From the NCBI GenBank assembly GCA_963822585.1, contig CAWGIE010000019.1, positions 256,001-320,000 on the forward strand: 64,000 nucleotides of DNA, read 5' to 3'. This stretch comes from an uncultured bacterium (GTDB lineage Bacteria; Auribacterota; Erginobacteria; Erginobacterales; Erginobacteraceae). The position numbers were made by a program, and so were the translations under genes. The notes beneath the pieces are model-generated. The model saw only the letters and a program-made list of their open reading frames with translations, was not told the DNA's origin and did no database searches. This document shows positions 9,259 to 18,717 of the stretch, piece by piece (the stretch's first letter is position 1; every line of letters starts with the position of its first letter).

Positions 9259-10995
9259 TCAATGAAGCTCTGCCATTGCCCGGGCGATCCCGGTGAAGAG
9301 AGCGGGAGCCCCGCGGCGGAGGTTCCGGAGGCTGTATCCCCCCTCCTGCACTACCAGCAGAGGAAGACGGAGTTCGCCGAGCCGGACTCCGATCTTTTCC
9401 ATCGTCCCCGCCGTGAGCAGAAACGATCCGGTCGGATCGCCCCGGAGCGTGTCGAGGCCGAATGAAAGGACCAGGAACGAGGGACGGTAGCGCTGGATGC
9501 GTTTCACCGCCCTCTCGAATGCTTCCAGGTATACGTTTTCGTCTGCACCGGCGGGCAGGGGATAATTTTTGTTAAACCCCTGGCCGGGTCCCTCCCCGGT
9601 TTCGTCGGCGAAGCCGCTGAAGTGGGGATAGGCGATAGACGGGTGCCCGTGGATCGATATCGTCAGCACATCCTCCCGGCGGTAGAATACATCCTGGGTG
9701 CCGTTGCCGTGGTGATAGTCGATGTCGAGGACGGCGACCCGGCCCCATTTGCTGAGCTGCTGGGCGGCGATGGCGGCGTTGTTGAAGTAACAGAAACCGC
9801 CGAAGGTCCGGGGCCCGGCGTGGTGGCCGGGCGGACGGCAGAGAGCATAGGCGACCCGACGGCCGGACAGGATCTCGTCCATCGCGGTCAGGACCACGTC
9901 AACCGCCGATCGGGCCGCCTGATAGGCGTTGCGATCGAGGGGGGTGAAGGTGTCCACGCAGTAGTAACCCGCGCGGACGGCCAGGTCCTTCGGTCTCCGT
10001 TCCGGATGGCGGATGGGGAAGACGTAGGGATAGACCGGCTGCTTGCCCGCGAACTTCTGGCAGACGGCCTTCAGATAGTTAACGAAGTCGGCCGCGTGAA
10101 TCTCGCGTACCGCTCCTTCCCCGAAGTGACGAGGCGGAACGGCGGCGAAAAGACCCGTAGGCCCGAGCCCCTCGAGGATCGCTTCCACCCGGGCAGGGCG
10201 TTCCACGTAGCCACGCTGATGGACCAGATGAACGCTTTGCTGATCGCTGCTGATCCGGGCGAAGGGTTTCTCCAACCGCCCGGGCGTCACTTCCCGGGGC
10301 TGATCGGCAGTCTTGATGTACCGGGGGGGGCGGAACCGGACCGGATCATCGGTGAACGACCGAACGACCTCCTCGATATACTCGGGGCTGACGGTTTTCC
10401 CGTGCTTACGCTGGATGATCAACCGGGCCGCGGCGCGGGCTTCTTCCCGGCCCAGGGGGTCCGGACGCCCCAGACTGTCGAAGAGGAGATAGCCGGCGCG
10501 GAGATTGGGGGCCGGATTGTCGTAGGCCGTGCCGACGATCGGGCGGATCCCGTACTGCTCGTAGAAACGAAGCCGGCGGCGGTTCTCTTTCAGAACGCCG
10601 GGATCCCCGACCAGGGCCGGGTCATCGGGGAGGACCTCGATGTAGAGTCCCCGGGAGCCGAGATCCACCAGATATTCCCGGGTTGCCTCGTAGAGGGCGC
10701 CCCCGAGACCGGCGCCCCGCGTCCCCGGGCGGACGGCCAGATAATCAAGAAACGAACTGTTGATCTCGGGAAAGTGGAGAAAGAACGAGAAACCGGTGAC
10801 GGCACCCCGGGCGTTCTCCGAGACCAGCAGCATCGAACGGTAGCCGTACTTGAACGGGTTATCAAGGAGATCGGGGATCTTCTCGGCATAGCCGGTAACG
10901 TACGGGAAGTTGGGACGAAAGATGGCCTGGACCTGCTCGATGCGGAGCCGGTCGGAAGGGAGCGCCGCGCTGTATACTCGCCGGATACGGATCAT
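9259..10995 (-). CDS. GNAT acetyltransferase-histone deacetylase (APAH-like) fusion
   Basis: FLDYLAVRPGTRGAGLGGALY and RFYEQYG (GNAT); ERPARV, RPPGHHA, GGFCYFNN, LDIDYHHGNGTQ, SFGLDT, QEGGY (HDAC). Confidence 0.92.
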   Translation of the reverse strand: MIRIRRVYSAALPSDRLRIEQVQAIFRPNFPYVTGYAEKIPDLLDNPFKYGYRSMLLVSENARGAVTGFSFFLHFPEINSSFLDYLAVRPGTRGAGLGGALYEATREYLVDLGSRGLYIEVLPDDPALVGDPGVLKENRRRLRFYEQYGIRPIVGTAYDNPAPNLRAGYLLFDSLGRPDPLGREEARAAARLIIQRKHGKTVSPEYIEEVVRSFTDDPVRFRPPRYIKTADQPREVTPGRLEKPFARISSDQQSVHLVHQRGYVERPARVEAILEGLGPTGLFAAVPPRHFGEGAVREIHAADFVNYLKAVCQKFAGKQPVYPYVFPIRHPERRPKDLAVRAGYYCVDTFTPLDRNAYQAARSAVDVVLTAMDEILSGRRVAYALCRPPGHHAGPRTFGGFCYFNNAAIAAQQLSKWGRVAVLDIDYHHGNGTQDVFYRREDVLTISIHGHPSIAYPHFSGFADETGEGPGQGFNKNYPLPAGADENVYLEAFERAVKRIQRYRPSFLVLSFGLDTLRGDPTGSFLLTAGTMEKIGVRLGELRLPLLVVQEGGYSLRNLRRGAPALFTGIARAMAELH

Positions 10996-11342
10996 GGTAT
11001 CACTGCCCCCAACCCCGGCGCCGGGTAATGGTCAGCAAGGAGAACCGGGGAGAAAGTAAAAGTGTATACGGTTTTTATTCATTATACCGTACAATGGGAC
11101 AAAATCACGGAAAAAATCCCGCCGCATTACATCACTCCAACACTCCATCACTCCGCTATTCCTGTACTTTCTAATCCCGTCGCTCATCTCTGATCTTGGA
11201 TTTCCTTCAGTTGCTCCTTTTGGAAATATATATTTTCCTCTTGACCCCTTCCCCCAGCCGTGACATATACCTCCTTCGTGCAACCGGGAGAAATCCTCCC
11301 GGATAAACGAAAGAACCTACAGGGTATAAGGAGAAGATCATC

Positions 11343-11711
11343 ATGGCAGTGAAAAAGACTCAGAAAGCAACCGGCACGGGGAAGAGCAAGGCTACCGCCG
11401 GGAAGACATCCCCCCGGAAACCGGCGGTGAAGAAGTCCGCCCCGAAAAAGGCGGCGGTGACGGAAGCGGCGGCGAAGAAGACGGTGAAAAGAGTCGCCCC
11501 GAAGAAAGCTGCAGCGCAAAAGCCGTCTGTTAGTGCGGCGGCGGTGAAAAAAGTTACCCCGGCCCCCACGGTCCGGCCGCTGGACCGGGCCGAGTTTCAC
11601 CGGCGGGTCCGGGTAACGGCATACTATAAATTCGTGAAACGAGGATACCGCCACGGAAAGCACATAAGCGACTGGTACGAGGCGGAGAAGGAGATCACCT
11701 CGAAACTCTAA
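11343..11711 (+). CDS. Histone H1-like Lys/Ala-rich protein with C-terminal DUF2934 domain
   Basis: Repeated AVKK/APKK/AAKK motifs; RVRVTAYYKFVKRGYRHGKHISDWYEAE; SD AAGGAG. Confidence 0.85.
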   Translation: MAVKKTQKATGTGKSKATAGKTSPRKPAVKKSAPKKAAVTEAAAKKTVKRVAPKKAAAQKPSVSAAAVKKVTPAPTVRPLDRAEFHRRVRVTAYYKFVKRGYRHGKHISDWYEAEKEITSKL

Positions 11712-11726
11712 GCGTACGCAGTCCGG

Positions 11727-11762
11727 CCCCCCTCTTCCGGGAAGGAAGAGGGGGGTTTTTTT
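11727..11762 (+). terminator. Rho-independent terminator
   Basis: CCCCCCTCTTCC-loop-GGAAGAGGGGGG followed by T7. Confidence 0.85.
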
Positions 11763-11806
11763 ATCGGTTGTCTTTCCTGAATGAGGCAGAGGTTAAAGCA
11801 GCTGAC

Positions 11807-11888
11807 TTACTGCTTCGGAAATTTCAAAAATGAAGATCAATTTAAAGTCTGTTCAGCCGGTGGGGAGAGTATACAAACCACTTAAGCG
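11807..11888. repeat. Inverted copy of the 1-81 repeat
   Basis: Alignment by eye with 1-81. Confidence 0.85.
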
Positions 11889-12073
11889 AATCAGATAATC
11901 AGTAAATCAGTGAGGAGAGGATCAGATTATCAGAGAATCAGATGGCGATGCCGGCCGCGCCGGATAATCTGATATCCCGGTATTCTTCTCACTGATACGC
12001 TGATAACCTGATATCCACCTTGCGCTGTAGCGCGCTCCGTCGCCGGTGCGTCTATGACGCGTGGATCTTGTGC

Positions 12074-14626
12074 TTACCTCGTCACCGGCACATCACCCGC
12101 GGCACCGAAGTAGATCCGGGGCATACCTCTGATCGCCCACAGGCCGGATGATTGACGGAAGATGGCGGGATTAGAAATACCATCCCCGTTGAAGTCGGCC
12201 CGTATCGGATAGTCGATGCATCTGCCGTAATAAAAACGGCTCATACTCCGGACCGCCCAGAGAGCGGTGGCCTGGGGCCGGAAGATAGCCGCCTCCCACC
12301 GTCCATCGCCGTCATAGTCGCCGGGGAGCAGCCAGTCACCGGCCCTTCCGAAGTAAAGCCGGGAGACGCCCCGGAGTGCCCAGAGCCCGGAGGAAGGACG
12401 GAAGATCCCGATCGAAGCGGTGCCGGCCGATCCATAATCTCCGGGAAGGGGCGTATCGCCCAGGCCGCCGTAATAGACCCGGATACCGCCCCGGACCGCC
12501 CAGAGACCGGAAGCGTCGCGGAAAATGGCCGCTTCCGTAACACCGTCGCCGTTATAATCCGCCGGGACGGGATGGTCTCCGGCGATCCCATAGTAGAGCC
12601 GTGAGACGCCGCGGATCGCCCAGAGACCGGAGGCGGGACGGAAGATAGAGATCTCGGCGGTCCCATCCCCGTTGTAGTCACCTGAGATCGGCAGGTCACT
12701 GGCGGCGCCGAAATAGACCCGCGGCAATCCGCGGATCGCCCAGAGACCGGATGACCTCCGAAAAATAGCGATGTCGGAAGTCCCGTCGCCATCGTAGTCT
12801 CCCGATACTACCATCATATTCTCCACGGGAACGGGCGGCCCGCAGGAAGGCGTGGGAGAGGGTGTGGCACTGGTTTGGGCGGTCGGGGTAGGAGTCGGGG
12901 TCGGCGGCGGGGGCGTCATGGTCATGGTCGCCCGGGGCGTCGGAGTGGCGGTCGGCGTGGTACTCGGTGTCACCGTCGAGGGGGGTGGCGTCGGAGGCAC
13001 CGTCGGCGCGGGCGTCGGAGGCACCGTCGGCGCGGGCGTCGGAGGCACCGTCGGCGCGGGCGTCGGAGGCACCGTCGGCGCGGGCGTCGGAGGCACCGTC
13101 GGCGCGGGCGTCGGAGGCACCGTCGGCGCGGGCGGCGGAGGCACCGTCGGCGCGGGTGTCGGCGTAGTCCCCGAAGGCTGGACGATGAAAGAATCGGTGG
13201 TGTCGTAGGAGCCCAAAGCCGGCGTCGCCCAGGGCTGGACGCGGAAGTAAACGTCGTCAGCGCCGGCGGGAAGGTCTTGCTGTGAATACCAGGTGAAGAT
13301 GTGGGGATAGCCGCCGATACTCGCCGGGTAGGAACCGGACCAGCTCCCGGTAGCCTGGTTCCAGGCCGAGCCATCGGTGCTGAAGGTAAAATAAACTATC
13401 GGGGTGCTCTGGTTGTTCCATTGGAAAAGGCTGTAATCGATCGCGATATTTCCGGAAGCGGGACTGGAGGGGGTTTCCACCTCCGCCGAGATCAGGCCCT
13501 TGACGATGGCGGCACCGGTGTTATAAGAACCGTTCCTGAGAATGAAATAACTCTCTCCCAGCCTGATGGAATCATATCCGTAATTCCGGGATGAGTTCCA
13601 GGCGACCCCGGTCGTGACGGTTCCGATGGTGTTGATCGGTTCCTCCCGTAAAGTCCAGTTAACGCCATTGGTGGAATAGAAGGAATGAATCGGATAGGTG
13701 TAGTTATCGACCCAGAGCATGAATCCCTGGCGAACTCCGTTTTCGTAAACTTCTTCCAGGGAGTCGGTGTAGTAGTAGGCGGGTTTGTAGTTATAGGGAA
13801 CGGAGCTATACCCGGTGAAAGTGATGAAATCGGTCACCTCGGAGGAACCGGTCGTGTACGTTTCCCACCGACTCTGGCACTGCTCGTCCCAGGCGTATAG
13901 TTTCCAGTCCAGGCCATTGCTCGAGATATACATCTCGAAGTACCCGGGGTCGCCGGAGCAGTAGTGATCGACGCTGGAACCCAGATAGCAGATATACCGG
14001 TTATTCATCGGAATGCCCATGTCCAGGGCGGAGGGGTTATCGGGCATGTAAAGAACATCCGGCTTGATCATGTTTTTCGTCGTCCCGCACTCACCCGGGT
14101 TAAAATCGGAGATCTTATAAGCAGGCGGACAATAATCATATTCGAGGAATGGTTCCCAGTAAATACCATCGGTCGATTCACTGTAACGATAGTGGTAGTT
14201 ATCACCATAGGCGGCGTACCAGAGCTTGAATTTAACGTTCACGCTCTCTTCCGTCCAGGCCACGTCCGCGGGCGGAAAGCCAGCGGCGGACGAGACTAGG
14301 GCATGGTGAGCGATATCCCAGCTCCGGGGCACGTCGATCGCGACCGGTGTATCCCAATTCCTCCCGTCGGTGGAAGAAACATACCATAACGAGTAAAGGG
14401 CGACGCCCTGGTCCATCCCCTGGATGGTGATGAACTTGCTTCCGTCCCAACCCAGCCGGTTATCGTAATGGCGGTTGCCGGAGCTGCCGGCGATCGCCGG
14501 ATCCACCCCCGGGTTCCAGTCGGTATAGGAGAAATTCGTCCAGGCCGGCTGGCTGAAACCGGAATTCGCGACCGGAAGCACACAGAGCAACATAAATACG
14601 GCGAAAGTACTTTTTAGATAGTTCAT
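12074..14626 (-). CDS. Secreted protein: Asp-box propeller-like region, Pro/Thr linker, C-terminal FG-GAP-like repeats
   Basis: SD GAGGAGG before ATG 14626; signal peptide; SSTDGRNW, ESTDGIYW, SSNGLDW, STNGVNW; GDYDGDG..IAIFR..SGLWAIRG..R.YFG repeats; ends PVTR. Confidence 0.85.
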   Translation of the reverse strand: MNYLKSTFAVFMLLCVLPVANSGFSQPAWTNFSYTDWNPGVDPAIAGSSGNRHYDNRLGWDGSKFITIQGMDQGVALYSLWYVSSTDGRNWDTPVAIDVPRSWDIAHHALVSSAAGFPPADVAWTEESVNVKFKLWYAAYGDNYHYRYSESTDGIYWEPFLEYDYCPPAYKISDFNPGECGTTKNMIKPDVLYMPDNPSALDMGIPMNNRYICYLGSSVDHYCSGDPGYFEMYISSNGLDWKLYAWDEQCQSRWETYTTGSSEVTDFITFTGYSSVPYNYKPAYYYTDSLEEVYENGVRQGFMLWVDNYTYPIHSFYSTNGVNWTLREEPINTIGTVTTGVAWNSSRNYGYDSIRLGESYFILRNGSYNTGAAIVKGLISAEVETPSSPASGNIAIDYSLFQWNNQSTPIVYFTFSTDGSAWNQATGSWSGSYPASIGGYPHIFTWYSQQDLPAGADDVYFRVQPWATPALGSYDTTDSFIVQPSGTTPTPAPTVPPPPAPTVPPTPAPTVPPTPAPTVPPTPAPTVPPTPAPTVPPTPAPTVPPTPPPSTVTPSTTPTATPTPRATMTMTPPPPTPTPTPTAQTSATPSPTPSCGPPVPVENMMVVSGDYDGDGTSDIAIFRRSSGLWAIRGLPRVYFGAASDLPISGDYNGDGTAEISIFRPASGLWAIRGVSRLYYGIAGDHPVPADYNGDGVTEAAIFRDASGLWAVRGGIRVYYGGLGDTPLPGDYGSAGTASIGIFRPSSGLWALRGVSRLYFGRAGDWLLPGDYDGDGRWEAAIFRPQATALWAVRSMSRFYYGRCIDYPIRADFNGDGISNPAIFRQSSGLWAIRGMPRIYFGAAGDVPVTR
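12987..13154 (-). repeat. 24-bp coding tandem repeat x7 (APTVPPTP)
   Basis: GGCGTCGGAGGCACCGTCGGCGCG units. Confidence 0.95.
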
Positions 14627-14653
14627 ACGATACCTCCTCAATCATCAATCGGG

Positions 14654-14902
14654 TTATGTGGTGGGAGGAGCGGTGTAGAGTCCACAGCCGCAGAAGAAGC
14701 TCTGGGCGCAGGAAAAATCTTCGCTGCAGGTAAACACCCCCACCTGCCCGCACTCATAGTCATCGGCGCAGGCGAAGAGATCGCAGTCATAGGCATTGGG
14801 GTTGCTGAAAGCACCGCAGCCGCCTTTGATAACGGGATCGCATTTCTGGCTGAAGGAACCGACCACTCCCCGCGCGATCTTTTCGATATCTTGTGGACGC
14901 AT
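14654..14902 (-). CDS. 82-aa Cys-rich peptide with six [F/Y]-x-C motifs; candidate RiPP precursor
   Basis: ATG with SD AAAAGGAG; extended -10 upstream; 9 Cys. Confidence 0.75.
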   Translation of the reverse strand: MRPQDIEKIARGVVGSFSQKCDPVIKGGCGAFSNPNAYDCDLFACADDYECGQVGVFTCSEDFSCAQSFFCGCGLYTAPPTT

Positions 14903-14931
14903 TGTTTTTATTCTCCTTTTATCCTACCCCG

Positions 14932-14940
14932 ATTATATCA
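14932..14940 (-). promoter_or_regulatory. Extended -10 promoter element
   Basis: TGATATAAT on the minus strand, 30 nt upstream of ATG 14902. Confidence 0.6.
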
Positions 14941-15140
14941 GGCCGGGTTCGAGAACGCGGCCCTTACTTCGTTCGGGCAATTGAGAACTACGAATTTCGC
15001 GGATTTTTATCCCGAAACGTCGCAGACGCTTTTCGGAGACACGAATTATTTTGTACTATCCCTGCAATCTCGATTCAATGCTTGCCTATTCTTATTTTTC
15101 CGGTCTCCCCCGAAGTATTAATCGGGGAAGAAAAATAAGA

Positions 15141-18100
15141 TTACCAGGTAATCGGGATGGCGTTCGGGCCGCCCCAGTATTTCCGGGTCAGACCGCGGAT
15201 CGCCCAGAGTCCATTGGAGGGACGGTAGACGGCGATCCGGTCGGTCCCGTCTCCATCGTAATCAGCCGGCTGGGGATAATCATACCGCTCCCCGAAGTAG
15301 ACCCGGGGGAATCCATCGATCGCCCAGAGTCCGGGGCCCTCCCGGAAGATGCCGAACTCCCTGAGGCCGTCGCCGTCATAGTCGGCGGGGACGGGATAAT
15401 CCCCGAACCGGCCATAATACCGGCGCGTCAGCCCGCGGATCATCCAGAGAGACGCCGCCGGCCGGTAGACAGCGATCCGGGCCCGGCCGCTTCCGTCATA
15501 AACACCCGGGATCGGGAGGTCCAGGAGTCCTCCGAAGTAAACCCTGGTCACGGCGCGGATCGCCCAGAGTCCGATCGGGCGCCGGAAGAGACCGCTATCG
15601 GAACTACCGTCGCCATCGTAGTCGGCCGGGACCGGGATATCCCCGTCGCTCCCGAAGTAGAAACGACTCATACCCCGGATCGCCCAGAGGCCGGTCGCCG
15701 GCCGGAAGACGGCCACCTCGGTGGTCCCGTCCCCGTCATAATCGCCGGGGGCCGGGAGGTCACCTCCCTGGCCGAAATAGATCGACCTGCTCTGATTATA
15801 GGGGCAGAGCTGGATGTACCATTTTCCCGCGCCGCATTTCCAGGTATCTATATCCGACCTTCCGTCACCGTTGTAGTCATTGCCGCCTATCACCAGCCAG
15901 GTAAAAGCCAGGGCATCATCTTCGTCCCCGGCGTCGGGAAGGCCCGGGAGGTCATGGCCCGAACTGTCGGTGGGGTTGCCGGTGGCCGTCGCCGTATTGA
16001 GACGCATGGCGAGCCGGGGGAAGGTATATTCAAGCTGTGCGCTCTGGGTGGGAGCGAGCGGGCCGGGTATGGTCCCGATCAGAATATCATCACCGGGGTC
16101 TTTCGGAGTCCCGTTATCATCCCAGACCTCAATAGCGGAGAGGTAGGTATCCCCGGTGTTGGTTACCGCATAATAGTATGCCGGGTCTTCACAAATGGGG
16201 AGAATCGCCACCGTCCCGTCGGGAAAACCGTCTGCGGTTTTGATCAGCTCAATCGCGGGATGCAGCGGGGTCGGGGTAACGGACGGGGTCATGGTCGGGG
16301 TCGGCGTGGCTGTGGACGGGAGAGGCGGGGTCGGCGCAGCGGTGGGGGTGGCGGTCGGGGTCGGCGTGAGAGTCGGGGTCGGTGTCTGTACAGGCGGCAG
16401 GCAGACGGCGACTGTATTCAGAGAAGGGGTCTTGGGACAGGCTTTGTCCGAACCGGGATGGAGGTATACCCGGAAGTAGAACGTCCCCGGCGCGGGGAAA
16501 GAGCTGATATTGTCGTTTATGATCTCCGCCGGATTACTCTCTGCCGGAACGGTGGCGCTGGACCAGGCCCCCATGTCCCAGTAGAAGAACGCCGCGCTGT
16601 CGCCGGAGATCTGATAGGTCGTCGTCCCGAAGCCGTCACTGCCGGTGCTTTCACTGAAGCCGGCGAGAGCGGTACTGTAATAATAACCGGTCGTGTTCTC
16701 CAGGTAGCCGTCACTATAATACTGCGAGCGGGAGACATAGATCTCTCCGTTAGCCTCGTAGCCGGCATAGAGGCAGGAAGTGCAGGTAATCTCCAGGGAG
16801 GTCATGTTCCCTTCTTCCGGCAGCCCGTGGACAACGTGGCGGGGGGAGGTGAACCAGTCCCAGGTGACGCCTCCATCGGTGGAGCGGTGGACCATGCCCA
16901 AAGTGCTGGTTCCCGCCCAGAGGCTTCCGTCGGCCGGGTTCCCCTTCATGTCATGAACGAAGGTGGCGTTCCGACTGGTGTAGGTATCGGTCCCGTATCC
17001 GGCCATCTCCAGGGAATACAGATTTCCCAGGGCGTTCCAGATATCGCTCTGCGGGTTCCAGGGACCGGCCCCCGGGGCGTCCAGTTTATAGATGACCGCG
17101 TCGCGCCGGGGGTTCAGTATCCAGGAGCGGAGGGGATCGTTGTTGGTGGAGCAGGCATAGACGTTCCCGTCCCGGTCTTCGGAGAAGTTGTCGATCCAGG
17201 TGGGATAGGTAAGGTCGGGGGGAACGATGTCGTGGGCGTTGGTGCCGTTAAAATGGGTATGGTCGCTAAAAGAGACTCCGGAGTAGATGTACTCGGGAGA
17301 GTCGGTCTGGGGGGGATTAAACGATCCCCCGTCCAGCCAGTTGATTCCATCGGTGGAGGTGTAGATATGGCCGAAGCCGCGCAGGGCCTGGTAGCCGGAG
17401 AAAGCGTTATCTTCGCCGCCCGAGTTGGTGGAGAAAAAGAGCCTCCCGTCGCTGCTTTTAAAGAGAGCCTGGGTCCGGTCGGGGCGGTAGGTGGATGGAT
17501 AATAGTCGTACGGCTGGCCGTTGCAGTGCTCGCCTCCGTAGTAGTCGAAGAGATAGGGACAGGCCGGCTGATAGGGGGGCGGGTACGATGGATAATTGGG
17601 TTGGGGGAGGGCTCCCCCGACCAGGGCCGCCGTGGTGTTCCAGACCTCAACCCATTGCTCCGGGTGAGAACCCGGATCGGGGCAGCGCCAGACCCGGCCG
17701 TCATCCTTGGTGGTAGCGATCAGCGCGCCATCCGGCGCTTCTACCACACTGGTGCACCCCCCGCCGGGGAGCCCCGTCACCACTCCCCAGTTCACCCCGT
17801 CGGTGCTTCTCCATACTCCCGATAAGCCGGGTTCCGGCCAAAAAATGGTGGTATCTTGGGTGGCGGCATAGATGGTCCCATCCGCCCCCTCGGCGAGACG
17901 GCTGGCCTTCTGGGCCCTGCGGACGCCCGGAATCTCCAGGATGAAGGAGTTCCAGCTCGTTCCGTCGGTTGACCTCCAGATCACCCGTCCGTTAGAACTA
18001 TCCCGGGCGGCTATATAGAGATTGCCGTCGGAGAATTGCTCGAGATCATAGCTCCCGGTAGCAGGTGAACCGGGGAGAGAGGCATCTTCCCAGACCTCTC

Positions 18101-18302
18101 CGATCTGCCGGCTTTTTTCTAAAGATGCCGCGCCGCCCGAGATTGTACTATGATAGGTAATATAATCGGCCGCCGTATCGAAATTCCAGGTTCGACATTG
18201 GCAGTACACCGGCCGGATGAAAAGACCGATACAATAGGAGAAGACGAATATAATCGGCGTAAAATACAGGGTTTTGATCAACTGACCCGATGGTGGTTTC
18301 AT
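15141..18302 (-). CDS. Large secreted protein: BNR/Asp-box propeller, Pro/Thr linker, DUF11-like Ig domain, C-terminal FG-GAP-like repeats
   Basis: WRSTDGTSW, WRSTDGVNW, YTSTDGINW, HRSTDGGVTW; VTNTGD...NTATATG; GDYDGDG repeats; ends PITW. Confidence 0.85.
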   Translation of the reverse strand: MKPPSGQLIKTLYFTPIIFVFSYCIGLFIRPVYCQCRTWNFDTAADYITYHSTISGGAASLEKSRQIGEVWEDASLPGSPATGSYDLEQFSDGNLYIAARDSSNGRVIWRSTDGTSWNSFILEIPGVRRAQKASRLAEGADGTIYAATQDTTIFWPEPGLSGVWRSTDGVNWGVVTGLPGGGCTSVVEAPDGALIATTKDDGRVWRCPDPGSHPEQWVEVWNTTAALVGGALPQPNYPSYPPPYQPACPYLFDYYGGEHCNGQPYDYYPSTYRPDRTQALFKSSDGRLFFSTNSGGEDNAFSGYQALRGFGHIYTSTDGINWLDGGSFNPPQTDSPEYIYSGVSFSDHTHFNGTNAHDIVPPDLTYPTWIDNFSEDRDGNVYACSTNNDPLRSWILNPRRDAVIYKLDAPGAGPWNPQSDIWNALGNLYSLEMAGYGTDTYTSRNATFVHDMKGNPADGSLWAGTSTLGMVHRSTDGGVTWDWFTSPRHVVHGLPEEGNMTSLEITCTSCLYAGYEANGEIYVSRSQYYSDGYLENTTGYYYSTALAGFSESTGSDGFGTTTYQISGDSAAFFYWDMGAWSSATVPAESNPAEIINDNISSFPAPGTFYFRVYLHPGSDKACPKTPSLNTVAVCLPPVQTPTPTLTPTPTATPTAAPTPPLPSTATPTPTMTPSVTPTPLHPAIELIKTADGFPDGTVAILPICEDPAYYYAVTNTGDTYLSAIEVWDDNGTPKDPGDDILIGTIPGPLAPTQSAQLEYTFPRLAMRLNTATATGNPTDSSGHDLPGLPDAGDEDDALAFTWLVIGGNDYNGDGRSDIDTWKCGAGKWYIQLCPYNQSRSIYFGQGGDLPAPGDYDGDGTTEVAVFRPATGLWAIRGMSRFYFGSDGDIPVPADYDGDGSSDSGLFRRPIGLWAIRAVTRVYFGGLLDLPIPGVYDGSGRARIAVYRPAASLWMIRGLTRRYYGRFGDYPVPADYDGDGLREFGIFREGPGLWAIDGFPRVYFGERYDYPQPADYDGDGTDRIAVYRPSNGLWAIRGLTRKYWGGPNAIPITW

Positions 18303-18717
18303 GATAATTGTCTATGGATCTTTCCTTAAAAAATACTGCTTTCAGAAGTGGATGCAAGGAGCTTTACAGTCTAGGTCAAACGATATGATTTGTCAATTAT
18401 TTATTATACCCCAAGTTATGCGATTCGACAAGCGGTTTTTCTCGACGGCTTTTCTCGGCGCCCCGGAAAAATTTATGTTCCCTCGCCGGAATAGAGTGGT
18501 GTGCAGGAGAGAAGCAGGATTACATACTTGACCGAGCTGCCCCCTTTCTTTTTCGACTGTAGCCAGCGCCAGGATGTGCCCCCGGCTTCCCTTTCTTCAT
18601 AGCTGTCATTCCTCCCGTGTCTTGACTCTTTTGGTTAGTTAACGATATTTTGCCGGGACGCATCTGCCTACGCCTAAGAAGAGAGAACATCATATTTTAT
18701 TTATCCGGCAGAGGGCC

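Noticed and set aside
12987..13154. Regular 24-bp repeats as a CRISPR array
   Set aside because: There are no spacers; it is an in-frame Pro/Thr linker of a CDS, and no cas genes are present
15051..17825. 924-aa plus-strand ORF and other long shadow ORFs (e.g. 715-1899, 9622-11028, 22228-23574, 31485-32819)
   Set aside because: They are antisense to well-supported genes, expected in high-GC3 DNA, and show no recognisable motifs
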